A stretch of DNA of 59,988 nucleotides, the filler included, from Jimgerdemannia flammicorona (Eukaryota), in the NCBI GenBank assembly GCA_003990765.1. It is 3 parts of 3 records of this genome, joined end to end, with 100 filler letters (N's around TTAATTAATTAA, not from the genome) between each part and the next. Parts side by side here need not be neighbours in the genome. Positions count along the whole stretch, not along the records: positions 20,037 to 39,963 come from RBNJ01001802.1; 2 more parts are not named here. The stretch is one strand, 5' to 3'. Of the stretch, positions 24,101 through 38,229 are shown in pieces (position 1 is the stretch's first letter; the number at the start of each line of letters is the position of its first letter). The position numbers were made by a program, and so were the translations under genes. The notes under the pieces were generated by a model. The model worked only from the letters and a program-made list of their open reading frames with translations, did no database searches and was not told where the DNA came from.

Positions 24101-27100
24101 CAGAGAACAAGGACACCTAGTTAGTTGTGACCACCAATAATGGTGCCTGGTAAGAATCAAGACTATGGTCAAGCAAATTCTGACAGCTAGACCAATTCTG
24201 CCCTAAAGACAATTTCAACAACAAGGAAAAAACTTGGACTAAGAAAGAAGAACCCAAATATGAAGCACCCTGAGCTCCATCCACATCTACCTCTTGGACA
24301 CCCCGAAATCATGAACCCACCCAACTGAGTATCTTCAAGAAACTTACTGAAGGAGAAAGAAATGAACTTTGAAGAAACAGAGCAAGCTTCTATTGCTGAA
24401 AGACAGGACATATGGCCAGTGCCTACCCTAACTGAAAACCCCAAACAGCAATATGAGCAACTGTTACTACTCTGTACTACCTCAATAACCTGACTACAAG
24501 AATACTGAACTTTGTCAAGTTAAGACCAACTGCTAAGGCCCCAACCAAAGGAAGTCAAAAGGTAGCTGGATATGACCTGTATGCAGCTGAAGAAACTACA
24601 GTTTTCAACCAAAAAATCAAGCAAGTCTACACAGGAATCAGTATCCAAATCCCTGAAGAACATATTGGAAGAATATGCTATCACAGTAGCCTAGCATTGA
24701 AAGAACTCTCAGTAGAATGAGGAGTCATTGATGAAGATTACACAGGAAAAATTATTGTTCTCATCTGAAATCATAGTTGGATACCCTTCAAGATCCCCAT
24801 TGGTTTCTGTATCGCACAGATCCTATTTGAGAAAATCAAGTCAACTCTGACAGTTAAAGAAGTCCCTGAACTACTACCTACCATCTGAGAATCCAAAGGA
24901 TTTGACTCATCAAACAAGGCCCCAGCCCAACCTACCACAAGCAAAGAAGAACAATTCTACAAGAAAATTGAAGACAGATATGTACTCAGTGGCCAATACC
25001 CCCATGGTATTGGAATATACTCTTTCCAAATGATTGATGATTGCTTCTCTTATATCAATGAACTGGCTCAAAGAAGAACCAACAGAAGGAAAACTCCTAT
25101 AACCAAAATCACCACCATTGGATCAGACAAACTGCTTACACTTCAAGCTTTTGTCAACTGAGCACCTGTCAAGATTATGATAGATAGTGGTGCCTCAGGC
25201 AACTTCATCAATAAAGAAACAGCCAACAGACTCAAGGTCCTGACATCTCCAGTACAACAAACTCAAGCAGTTGCTACAGCTGATAGAACCTCTCATGTCA
25301 TTAGCAAGGAAGTCTGCAACCTGCCCCTCTGAATTGATGACTACTAAGTATATGTTACCCTCTAGATTGTACCACTTCCTGATAATGAAATCATCCTTGA
25401 AACTCTATGGTTAAAACAAGAGAACCTTATGATCGATCAGATAAACCATTTTCTGACTATTAAGAAAGGATGCCACAACTTCAAACTACAAGGCAAAAAG
25501 GACCCACTCAGTTCCAGTGACCCTGGACCAAAGATCACCCATACCAATAAGCTACAGCTTAAGAAATTGGCCAAGAAATGCCCTCTTTTTGCTATCTCCA
25601 TCCACCCATCCAAAGGAGAACCCAAGAACTCTGAAGAAGACTTTTCCAAAGTTGACAACTATATCAGACCCTTATCCCAGAAAGTCCAAGACACATTTCT
25701 GAATTGAACTGCAAAACCACCTGCACCTGTCATTATTAATGATCAAGAAGAATACAAAGTTAAACAAATCCTCAACAAACATTGCCACAAGAATCATCCA
25801 AATGATACAACAACACTAGATCAAATTAGAAGACCCCAATGAGGACATTGAAAGCTAAGAAGGGGAGAGTTGTAAGCACACAACCTCCAAGCCACCAAAA
25901 TCGCATATCATCCTCAGAACTAAATTGGAAACCACATGTGAGACTACAAAACAAGTTACTAAAGAGATCACCTGATTACATAAAATACACCAGCAAGCAC
26001 ACGAACCTACTATCAAGACACAAGAATACTAGAAGAAGTACTATAACTATAAGACTGATCCTGAATATCTACAACTAGTTTTGATATACTGTACTATTAT
26101 AAAAGGAAACTGAAGTACCAAACTCAAACTGAGACAAGAAGAACCCTATCTCATCTATCAAAGGTTCATGAACTGCACTTATCAACTCAAGACCAAGATA
26201 TATTGCAACTATACAAAGACCTCATTACTTAGCAGAAGCAAAACATATTTGAACAACTTCGTTCACTTTATCTATATCACCTCTGTTGGAAAATAACAGA
26301 TGCTTCATCTAAACTCAAAAAAGCTGACATTGTTGAAACCAATCTCAAGCCTATCTATGTGACAGATATTACTACTAGAAATTGCCTCAGATTACAGAAA
26401 ATATCATTTCTGAGAGATTTGAACCCCCAGCTATAACATTGAGAGCTCTTGCCCTAGACAAGGATGACCAGTCCTCGCAAATGCACCAGCAGTTTAAAAA
26501 AAAAGAGAACCAAGACTTGTTATCCTTGTACAACCACCACCACTGAGAATAGCCTTAATTTTGCAAGAGACAGAGGTGATGACACCTTTGAAACTAATGA
26601 TATCAGAAGTCAAAAAACTGCTCAGACTTTGCCAGAGATGATGTTATCAATAGTAATATCATCAAAGACTAACCAGACAGTATCTAAATCTATAAATAGC
26701 TTAGCAGTCATAATATAGTTAGATTAGCCTTGTATGACATGACTGTGAACTGACTCAGCAGTCAGACAATCCTGTGACATATCGGATCACACTTATACTA
26801 TATGACTGCATTCTGACTCAGCAAAGCACTAAGTGCTACATCCATAGTCTAGATAGCCCCTTACTAGTATAAATACTCCCTCCCCCAGACCTCAGAATCT
26901 CAGACTCAAATATATAAGAACATTCCTGAACACTTCCCCACAACATCCCTTCACACAACTACTCCTAATATAGCAATATCATGAATAGTAAATAAACCTA
27001 TTTAATAACCCACAAACCACTCTTAAGTAAATCCACTCTCCATTAGATCCCACTCCTAACTCCATCATGAAATTTCCTAATTAGGTATTGTCTGCAGCTA

Positions 27101-27354
27101 TATGCTGATTCAACTAAGCTAGTCTTAGTTTCTTGAACTTCCTGAAATACAGAAAAACCTGAATATCCAGAACTAGTCTAAAAAAGGACTTTGGTTGAAA
27201 TATCAATCTAATCTTGAAATCAATAAGCATAGAGGACATACTCCATATGAAATTGATCTTGACCTTAAGAAAACAGTCTTCCAGAATATCTAGAACTTCC
27301 AGAAAACCCTTCCAGAACTACGTAATAGTTATTCTAACAAGTAACCCTCTTACA
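21195..27354 (+). mobile_element. Ty3/gypsy family A, copy 3: deletion derivative (gag-NC-dUTPase-PR, lacks RT/RH/IN) with variant LTRs
   Basis: 5' LTR (truncated on the left) ends 22478, then TGGTAG PBS. Gag, dUTPase and IDSGAS follow. At ~25690 the sequence jumps to chromodomain-proximal DNA. PPT 25857-25870; 3' LTR 25871-27354 (TGTAAG...TTACA). Confidence 0.92.
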
Positions 27355-27759
27355 ACATAGGTTATCAAAGAAGTAAGATAGGGATTTAATGAAAGGATCC
27401 CAAAGAGATAGTATATTAAAGATATATATTACTCAATTAGGCAATTATATATATATATTATATAATTATAGAATTCATTGTATATACAATATCTTGTCCT
27501 CTTTTCCTTATGCTCAATTATCTTCACTATCATACAGTTTTACTCCCACCCACCTCTCTATTTATATATATATTATATATTGGGTTCTTTGAAACTGACT
27601 GATATAATGTATTCAAGACAGAAACATTCCTCATACACACATTCACTCAAATATGCAAACTTATACACATCTAATTTATTATTATATATAATCTAGTATA
27701 AGGGTGGCAGCTATGAGTGGGTATGGGTTATCAAAGGAGTAAGATGGGGATTTAACTTA

Positions 27760-30700
27760 AATATCAGCAAAAATGTTTCATTATAGTCTACACCATAATT
27801 ATGCAAATAACCCTTGGTAATGAAATGAGCTTTATATTGCTATCAGCATTACACTTTATCTTATATACCTACTTGGATCTAATTGCTTAATAGTTTGATA
27901 GAAGAGGTACTAGATCTCAGGTACTATTCTCAATGAGTGAATCATATTTCTCATCTATCATACATTCCCATTTCTTACTGTCCAGGCATTGCATAGCCTT
28001 GTCATATATACTTGGCTCACTAGAAGATATTACAATATATATACATTTATATGCTTCAGTATAGCTTACATGGTCTTGATATTACTGTCATTTAGGGCTT
28101 ACTGGTATATTTCAATAACTTCCTAATTCTGAACACATTTCTCAGCATATGTTAGAGTACTTTTACATTTGTTTACCCTTTGTAGAAGATTCTTTATCAT
28201 TGTATTTATTATCATCTTCATCTTAGATCTCAGTGATTCTTGACTTGGGTAACTCTGGCTCAGACTTGGATATATATAGCAGTTGAAAATAATTTGTAAC
28301 TAGCTATATTTGAAAAAATATTTTTCTTTACTACTAGACAGATAGATGATAATTGCTCTGATTGCTGTATTTCTGCTAGCTGGGATGTAGAGGTTGTTTT
28401 AACTGACACTTCCATGCAGATCTCTGAGCTTTTTTCATTAAATTATATATCACACAAAATCACCACATATCTCTTATGTAAGTTCCAGAGCCTATATGAT
28501 TTTCTGCTATATCCTAGAGGTATGTGCTTAAATACCTTTGGCTCAAATTTTTGCTAATTGATATTACTTTTGTTGAGAACATATACATCACATCCAAATA
28601 TATATAGATGTGATACATCAGGCTTAGTTCTGCTCCATAATTCTTCAGGAGTATGATCAGTATTTCTGAAGTATTTGTTATTTCTGGACTTCTTGCTTAG
28701 TGATTAAGATATGCACTAGTTATAGATGTATACTATCATATTAATAACTTTAGCCCAATAGGAATATCCTAGTCTAGCTGCATTGATCATCATATATATC
28801 ATTTCTATGATCATATAGTTAAATCACTTGGCTATACCATTCTGCTGAGATATATAAGGAGCCATCATTTGATAGCTTATGCCATATTTTGTCAAGAATT
28901 GTCTGAATGCATTGTTGACTTATTCATATCTATTATCTGAGCATATAGTGTGCATTCTATAACCTGTTTCATTTTTAGTAATTGTTTTGAATTCTTTGAA
29001 TTTCTCCAAGACTTCACTCTTTGCCAATAGGAAATATATATATATCTTGCACATATGATCATCAATAATTATTAGAAAATATATCTTACCAGAGTGTGAC
29101 AGGATATACATCAGGCCACATATATATATTAGTATAGATGAGATCAAGGATCTCCAAGATATACTTCAATCATTCTTTAAATGATTACTGAGAAGCTTTG
29201 TTTTCTACACATATCTTACAAAAGTTATTCTCTAGATATATATATGCTGGTAATCCACTCACTAAGCTACTTCTTATTATACATTTGAGGCTCATCTTAC
29301 CAATATGTCCTAAGCATTAATATTATATATTGGATATATTGGATGTAGTTATCATATTAGTAGAGGCTTTCATATTATTTATCATCTCATTGATCATTAT
29401 TTTTTGAGACTGTCATCAGCTTATTGTTATATGAATTATGTACTCTGGCACCCTTTGAATATATATAGATATCCTTATTGTTATGAGTCATCATTTTGCC
29501 AATAGAGAAGAGGTTCCTTCCTATCTCCAGAGTATACAGTATATCTACAAAAGTAGCAGTAGGCTTGACAACATTTTCATAAAGATGTATTCCCACATTT
29601 CCCTTTCCTTAAGCATAGATAATATTGTTATCTCCTAACTTAATAGATATAGAGTGCTTAAAAGGCTCAGATATAGAGAACCATTTCCTATATAGTATCA
29701 TATATTGTGTTGCTCCAGAATCCATTAGTCTGACATCATTGTCAATGGGTATATTTGTCAGATATATACTTAGAGAATATATAGTTATTGGTGATATTGA
29801 TATCACTACTTTTCATCAGCCCAAAAGTGTTTTGCTGACTGGTATTCATAGATGACAGGTTGGTAGATTTGATGGTAGATCTCATGCTAACAGAACTAGT
29901 ATTACTGATAGCTTATATAAAAAATAGATTACCACTTTCATTGGTTTCAGCAGTATTTGCATTGCTATACTTCTTTTGATAGTTTTTTCCACTATTTCTA
30001 TATTATTAATATTGGCTTTTTCTATGCTTATTTTTACTACTCTCTTTGTTATTTTTCCAACTATAACAATATTGCTTTCTGTATCCATACTTACCACAGT
30101 ATTCACAGTAACCATCATACTTGGTTGATTGACTGAACTGGTTATTACATTGTTGAGCTTAGGTTTGGATTTGTCTCCTTTGACCTTATTGTCCATACTT
30201 CTCTTGTTTGGCACCACATCTGTAGGACCCATAGAAGGCATTTTCATCATTATTGATACTATTTCCTTAGTACATTTCCTCATTCATAAGACTCATTATT
30301 ATGTAGGCATAATTTGAATTCTCATATATGGCTGCTACTATGACATTATACACATCCAGAAGTCCTCTTGTGAGTGCTATAACCTTGTCTTTATTCTCAA
30401 TACAATCTGTAGATACACTGAGAGAATTTACTTAATTTACCAAGTTATTAATATGACTGGCATATTCATGAATTCTCTCTTTAGACTTTATTTGAAGATT
30501 GAATAACTGAGATTTCAGATAGAATTGATTCAATATAGATGCTTACATGTGATAATTGCTAGAGTCTCTCACATCTTATATATAGTTATTGCATGCATTA
30601 TGAGCTTCATTTGTAAGTTTGACAATGTGAATATAATCTCATATAATGCTCAGTAATTATTGGTGGTATTGTAATCTTGAATTAGTGCTTATAGCTTTAG

Positions 30701-31121
30701 ATACTCCACTAAGCCACATTTATCAAGGAGATTTATTATATAAAATGCTCAAATGATATAGTCTCTTCTATCAAAGATCAGAATGAACCTCTTGGCTGTA
30801 TTTATACTAATAACTGAAACTATGTTTCCCATATCTGTAGAGGTAGTTATACTTATAGTTGGTAGAATGCTTATGATTGACATATCTATTTTTATGCTCA
30901 TATTACTAGGCTGATCATCAGACATTTCTAGTGTAGTGTATTTTAAAGAGATATTTTTATTATAGCTACTTAGTACTAGCGGGACTCATAATCTTTACTG
31001 TAAAGAGAGGTATTTTATTGAAGTTGTATAGGTTGCATATTTTATGCTTTACTGATGAATGACATAATCTAATAGTATGGCATAAGGTCACATACTGATA
31101 TATTGAGTTGCCATTCCAACA
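27760..31121 (-). mobile_element. Degenerate Ty1/copia element with short (~123 bp) LTR at 30999-31121
   Basis: Order is gag, protease (MDSGATQYM ~29720), LGHI, integrase (IIDD, SDNRYE, QQNGIA), then start of RT, which is copia domain order. PBS-like GATTATGAGTCCC follows the LTR. Confidence 0.85.
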
Positions 31122-33009
31122 ATAACTAACAGAGCTATTACTGAACCAAACAGTATACTGTAAAGTCTCAAACCAATAGGCAAGGAAGACCTATTTCACA
31201 ATGTGATGCTTGTCAAATCAATTGAAAGAATCATAGCTTGCATATTAAATACAATTATAAAGAAGTTAGTACAAATTGATTTAGCTAGCTGATAATTTAA
31301 TATTCAATATTCTGCTAACATTGATATTGTTATTATCCTCTAGCAACTGCAGAAAAATCAATCAATATTATAGATACAGCCAATCATGAATGAGATATCT
31401 GTAAATTGTATACTTCTAATTATAATAAAAGAATCAGAGAAGATTCTAATAATTTTAAAGATATATAAATATCCTAACAGCAGGATATCTTCTCTGTCTC
31501 CAGCTGTGTCAATTGTTAAAATATATCCCTTTATATGTACTTCCTAAACTGATATCTAAATAATGAAGATATGCTATATATTAATCAAATTAGAAATTTA
31601 CATATAGGCTTAGTGAGTTTTAGATATTTGGGTCTACAATTATATGACACTTATGGCTTGGACATACATAATTATATTACTAATTTGGGGCTATATATTT
31701 TGGATATACAGTATGCTTTAATTGACTAATAGACTGTGAAATTTGATTTTAAATTTGCTTTTAGGCAGTTTGATAGTTTTAAGTGACCAAAACCAAGATA
31801 TTACCATGCAGTTATTGGTGTTTATCCCATCAGTCATTGTGGATATATCCAAAGCATAGATCTAAAATACAAATTCTACAAATCAATTCTTATTCCTATT
31901 GTTACATATAATTGTAATTGTAATAAAATGAATAAAATGTCTATAAATTAAAGTACAAATATCCTATCATCACATTTTGTCTGAATTTGTCATTGATAAT
32001 TCCAAAATATGATACAAAAGATTTCCATATCAGTATATCTGTCTAACAAAATAATATTTAGAAGAAAATGATCAACCTTTACTCTTAATCTATAGTTAAT
32101 TTCATTATACAGTATTGGGATAACATTTGTGTAATACATATAATTTGTTCCTGGCTAATGGCAAATATTATTTATATATAATTCTTTTCACATCCAGTAC
32201 ATATAACACATATCTAACATTCAAACATACATTCAATGCAATATGGTCAAGCATATATTTGAGTACATCAATAAGCAATCAGCTCCTATTATCTCTGCCA
32301 AGTGCCTTCATCTCATTACTATATATCCAAAAGCCCTCTCAGATGAAACTGTCCAAATAGCCAAATGTGATATTGAGTCTGTCAAAGAGCTATTGACTCC
32401 TGTTATCTCTGCCAAGTGCTCTCATTCCTTGGGCAACACTGAAACAAATATTATAGTAGATAAATAAGTTCTATATAGTAACAGATTTGCATCACAAATG
32501 ATATTTAATATAGCAAAGAGTTCACTTCTAGTATCACAAACAAGCTTCAAACTAATGGTATATTTATGTACCATCATTCATAGAAGTCAAAAAGAAAATA
32601 CAAGCAGCCAATGACATAGTGTTATTGCTGTCAAATACTGTGGAAAACCAAACAGCTACATATAAAATATATTTATAAAAATGGTTAGTTATCTTTTCTA
32701 TTTCCTTACTACTTTATATATATACCAGTATTAGTTCAATATATATTACTCAAAGTACCAACATCTGCTGCTACTTATCTTCCACCAATCTTGTATAGCC
32801 ACAGCTACCACTCTCTCATCAACTCCTCCTGCTGTCCCTGTACTGACTCCATCTGCTGTCCCAGTACCAGCTTCTGCTACCCTATCTGCCCCCCCCCCAC
32901 ACCTGTAGTACTAGCTTCTATTACCTCTCTCCCATTGACTATACCTGCTTCTGCTGTTTCAGAAGATGAATTAGTAATTTATCTTTTTGATGATTTCACC
33001 CTCTCAGAG

Positions 33010-33415
33010 GATATAAATCAAATGAATATATACAACAAATTTATTGAATTGGAGCCAAGGCAATATTGCAGGGGTGGAGCCAGTATATGAACTTAGTTTT
33101 GGAACTGAGTTTGATACATCTTTGTTCCAGACAGATATCTAGTAAACAAATATAACAAATATATTATATTGGAGTGATCAAGACAATGCAGCAGGGGTAA
33201 AGTCAGTTTATAATCTTGTTTTTGAGACCAAGTTTAATGTATCTATCATCTAGGCAGATATCTATCAAACAAATACAACAAATCTATTGAATTAGAGTAA
33301 TCAAGGAAATACAGCAGAGATGGAGACAGTATACAATCTCTTTTTTGAGATCAAATTTGATATATCTATCTTTTAGACAGATATTCATCAAATGAATATA
33401 ACAAATCTATTAGAA
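33010..33415 (+). repeat. Degenerate ~120-bp tandem repeat, ~3.3 units
   Basis: Recurring CAGATAT...AACAAAT.TATT..ATTGGAG...GCAGGGGT...CAGT.TA.AA.CT..TTTT.GAGA. Confidence 0.7.
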
Positions 33416-34679
33416 AGCAGTATAGGTATTGAGATATTAGATTCCTTTTAGAATGTTATCACTTAATGATTAGAGTTATAGTATATATACAAACTATTGC
33501 ATTTTTGTGAGATTTCAGTTTTGTTTCATTTTGGTAATACATATGTTGTCTCTCTTATTAGAGTTACTATTATGAGCTACCTATTAGTACAAAACATTGT
33601 AATGGCTTGCTTTTCAATTTTATTTAAAAGAGGGCTCAGTTGTCAGTTTTTTTGTTTTTTAGATTTTATTATGCCATCATGAGGCAACCATCTGAACAGA
33701 GTTCAGAAGCTGGTCCAAGAGTATTAGCTAGATAGTTTGTTACTTTATATTTTTATAGAAGAGGTGGTTTTGGGCTTTTGTTTCACTATCATGAGGTAAC
33801 CATCAGAGCAAGGCTTTAAAGCTGGTCCAATGATGATACCTGAAGGCAACTGTCTGAACAGAGTTCAGAAGCTGGTTCAAAGGGTTTTAACTAGATAGCT
33901 TCTTACTATATATACTTATAGATTATATATTTTTGTTCTTTGTATTTGGGGTTCAAGATTTATTTAATATTCTGAATAGAATATATATATATAAATATAT
34001 ATAATATAAATAAAGAGTATATGTCTTTATTGTTTAAATAGATAAAAATAAAACAAAGACTATAGTTTTCTTCCTGATAGATATCAGCCAAATTAACACA
34101 TCAAATCTATTGAATGTTATGGAAGATTGTGGTCACTCAGTTATAGTTGTGACATATTTACTCACAAACTTAGATATCATTCAATAGATTTGTTATAATC
34201 ATCTGACTAGTATCTGCAATAAGCTCAATATACTATAGTTATAGTATAAAGGTGGAGAGGAAGAGAGAGATGAAAATGGGGCTGAAGTAGAATTATTAAA
34301 GTACCACCAATAAGAAGAGTAGTGCTAGATATTCTATAGAGCAATTTCTATTATAGGGCAATTACTACACAATAGGGCCCCTGTGAGCAGGGGGGTTACT
34401 TTCACTAGTTATATTATGAAAATCTTACCTAATGGAATAATATTGAGGTTGGTTATACAATCTTTGAAAAAGATAGCTAGTTTCTTCAGATCAATAACAA
34501 AGCTATTTAATAGCAAAATTAAAATCAAAATTTATAATACTCACATATGTCTTATATCACAAAATCTATATCAGGTGAAGATTTTGCACATAATGTTATC
34601 AGACAATATCTATTTTGATTCTCAAAATAAAACCAATATATATTTCTCCTTTTTACATACTCTATTTGCTATATGTGAA

Positions 34680-35050
34680 ATAGCTAACATTATAACTCTT
34701 AACTGCCTTGTCCAAGGTGACACCCCTCTATCTGAATGTGCATTCTCTGTCAAAATTACCAAGACTGAGAGCATTGATAAACTCAAAGAGCTGATAAAAG
34801 AGAAGATCATCAATATAGTTAATGTAACTTTCAATGCTAAAAATCTCAAACTTTAGAAGGTCAACATCCTTCTTAATAAATCCAATAGTAAGCTGGCTGC
34901 CCTCATAGCTGATACCAATACCAACTTTGATATCAAGAATATACTGTGTGGTGGGATGTTGTCAGCATTGCTATACAAGATTGGCAAGATCTTTCCTGAG
35001 GAGCTTATAGAGGAATATATTCATATTATTGTCTAGTATCCTACTACAAT
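34680..35050 (+). pseudogene. Crinkler (CRN)-type N-terminal ubiquitin-like domain pseudogene
   Basis: ITLNCLVQGD...AFSVKI...LKELIKEK...AKNLKL*KV (LxLWKV)...IFPEE...IHIIV. Start ATG>ATA and TGG>TAG lesions. Decayed exon-like sequence continues to ~37100. Confidence 0.85.
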
Positions 35051-37401
35051 ATTGCTGGTCACTCCTCAACCTGGTATGTTCTTATTATCTTTATATATCT
35101 TATATATACTATTACAAGAGAGAATACTTTGATATAGTAGTGGTAAAGGTAACTTAGATGAGTGTTTTGACAAACAGAAGCAAATATCTTACAAATTGTT
35201 TTCTCTTGACTATATATTACAACTACTTTAGTACTTACAAACTCCAGATATTTAATATTATGTTGAACTTTTGAACTATGCATCATTATGGCTAGAAACC
35301 TTTAGAGGAGTTTTCATTAATGATCTCTATAAGGCAATCAAGGCAGCAAAACCCAATGACATTATCTGTAACTATAACTAGCTGATCCTCCTTATCACTC
35401 ATCCTGATGCTGAGAGCAATGATATACTAGATAATGATCTTCTTGAATAATATAGTGATATTAACACACTCATATAACATTATAAAATCATGAGGGTAAA
35501 TCCCATTAAGGTTAAACTGTCCCTGAGTCAAAACTTATAAGAAACAATATCTTTACAAACCCTTGATAAGTTTTTTAAAATTGTATTACAATTTATCATT
35601 TTACATTATGAATATATATCTAATGCATTATTGGATTAACTAGATTATATTTTATCTACCATATCACTATCAAAGTATTCAAGAGTTGACTTACTATCTA
35701 GTAAGCCAAATATATTGAGCTGAATATTAAGAGAAACAACACCCACACCAACTCCTGATAAGTATATATTTTAATAATTATATTTGATATGTGATACTTA
35801 TAATATATGGATACTTATTAATATTATATTAGATTCAATAGGTTATATTACATCTACTGTATCACTATCTAAGTATTCCAGGATTGCAGAAGCTACATAT
35901 AGAAGAGCTTTGTAATAAGATCTCATTATATTTGATATGTAAAGAGATAGATCTGTATAAACAATTGCTGGTAGTTAGTGTAATAGTTGTATATGAAACT
36001 GTATTACATAGATATAAGTGGAAATATAATGATCTTAATGATAATGAAGATAATATTCAAACAGAAAGCATAAAATTTCTATACTTTTATGGTATAAATA
36101 AAAGATGTACTTGTTCTTAATTATATTGGGGTTCCTGCAGCAAAGAAAATTATTAAAATAATCAAGAGATGACTTGTTATATTTATTTAATATTTCTTTC
36201 TATTGACTTGATAATTATTTCCCAGAGCAGACAGAGTAAGACAATATATCTGATAATATACCTAGTATCATTCCTAAATATAGATAATTCAATGATGATA
36301 ATATAAGGTTATACATTATTATATTACTATTTATCAAAACAAACCTAGTATTAATAATTGTATTTTTTCTACTTAGAAATTAGAATTTTCTTTGAGTATT
36401 ATAGTACTTAGAAGAAAAACAATATCAATTAACTATATAATTCCAAATAACAGTCCATCTGCAGCAACAGTGACAGATTTATCATATATTCCCTCTTCTC
36501 CTAATTCAGATATCAGTGAAGAATCTATCATTAAGATAAATAAGAATAGTGATATAAATTATTTTGTTGGACCTAGTGAAATTGAATAGAGCCTGGATGA
36601 TTGTCTATCTTGAGTAAATATTTTATATTTTACACAATGTTTATATTATATATATGATTTATATTTATCATATTATTTATCTTCCAATGATAGATCATAG
36701 ATGAAGTTGACATCTCAAATATATGTCATGAATATTGAACAGTAATTATTAGAAAGTATAAGTCAATAAAAGTTTATCTAGCAGCTCTTGAAGAACTGTA
36801 GGTATTTAATTTTAGTATCTAATTATATAGTTAATATTGATATATTGAAATAATATAGCCAAACTATTTTCTTCACAGAGCTTTAAGCTATATATTTGTT
36901 TTTTAAAAAGAGAATCTGCATGATCTATATGGATATTTCGATGACAATCTCTGGAGAAATTTGTTTATTAAATTCCGAAACCTGTATCCATATTTATCTA
37001 TCTCAGATAATATCCTTCAGATATTCACTAACACTATTAGTGAGATTTCAAAAAATACCTCTTTCTTTATATAAGTATTCCTGCTCTAATATTATGATTT
37101 TGAGTTTAGATTATATATAAGAATCCAAATTATCAAAACTATAAAGCCATTATATATAGTGTAACGGTGACCCCAGAATGATGACATCAGCACAGGAGAC
37201 AGCCTTTCCTTACAAGCCACCAGATCGAAGCACAAGAAGATCATATGGCATATGAGATGAGCAATGATGACCAACTGTGAGTCATTGTGACCACAGCACA
37301 AGTATCCTGAAGAATATAAAAGAAGGATCAAGGAACCGCAGTAGCAGCAACCAACAAGAACCACCAATCCCAAAATAGCTCAAAGACTTACTACAAATGA
37401 A

Positions 37402-38229
37402 ATGCCTGCCGCCTGCCAAACCTCAAGGTCAAGGAAACACCAAGGTACCTCGGTCGAAGAAAGGATGTTCCAAGACATCAGAAGAGCCATGGAGACCCAC
37501 TCAAGAAGGACTCCTAGTGTCAACCTAGGTACTGCAGACCCCTATCACTTCATCCTCTACCGCTGTGAAATGGAAACAAGGATCACCATTGCCACCGAAT
37601 ACCTCCAAATATGGCAGGAGTACAAAATAGGAAACCTCCTCTGCCGGGAGTTCCCACAGGCCAGCCCTCAAGAGCTACAAGATGCCACTCCCATAGACCT
37701 ATGAGAAGCAAGGACAGCAAAGAAGATCCATCAGATCTTCAGGCATGCACCATAGTCGATTCCCAACTTGGAGTATGTTAGAGTCTCAGATTTCAGAGAC
37801 CTGTCATCTCGCCGCATCAATGCACTAGAAGCCAGGGTGGCTACAGAAGCCCAGTCCACTATCACCCTCAACAGTGAAGAAGTAGAAGACTTCTGGTACC
37901 CCATCCTTCAGGACAACCCAGACCAATTCCTGCAAGGATTGATCTCAGTATTCCAAGGCCCAAGCATCTGGGTTAGATCCCCCCAAGACCCCACATTTGT
38001 CCCCTATTTTGTGGAAGAGAACCTCATAGACTGGAGAGCTCCAGATCTTGTCCCCGATTTCCCCGCCGAACGTGATGACATCATCGGTGATGACGTCATC
38101 CTGCATGACATTGACATACCCAAAGTACGCGAGATGTATGACCTGCATGACAAATTCGCAGATCTCATCTCCTTCAGTGATGATGATGATGATGATGAAG
38201 CCCCCATGGTCCTGAAATTTCTGCTCTAA
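37402..38229 (+). pseudogene. LTR-encoded accessory ORF, family B (275 codons, two in-frame point stops)
   Basis: ORFs 37402-37704 and 37768-38229 are in the same frame. The linker reads *EARTAKKIHQIFRHAP*SIPNL, with stops explicable as CGA>TGA and TGG/CAG>TAG. Confidence 0.72.

Noticed and set aside
27355..27755. ~30-bp direct repeat GGTTATCAAAG.AGTAAGAT.GGGATTTAA flanking ~330 bp
   Set aside because: Too decayed to tell a TSD, solo LTR or local duplication apart.
29882..30317. 133-aa and 62-aa ORFs as host genes
   Set aside because: They lie in the decayed copia gag region between LTR and protease and are off-frame or antisense by-products.
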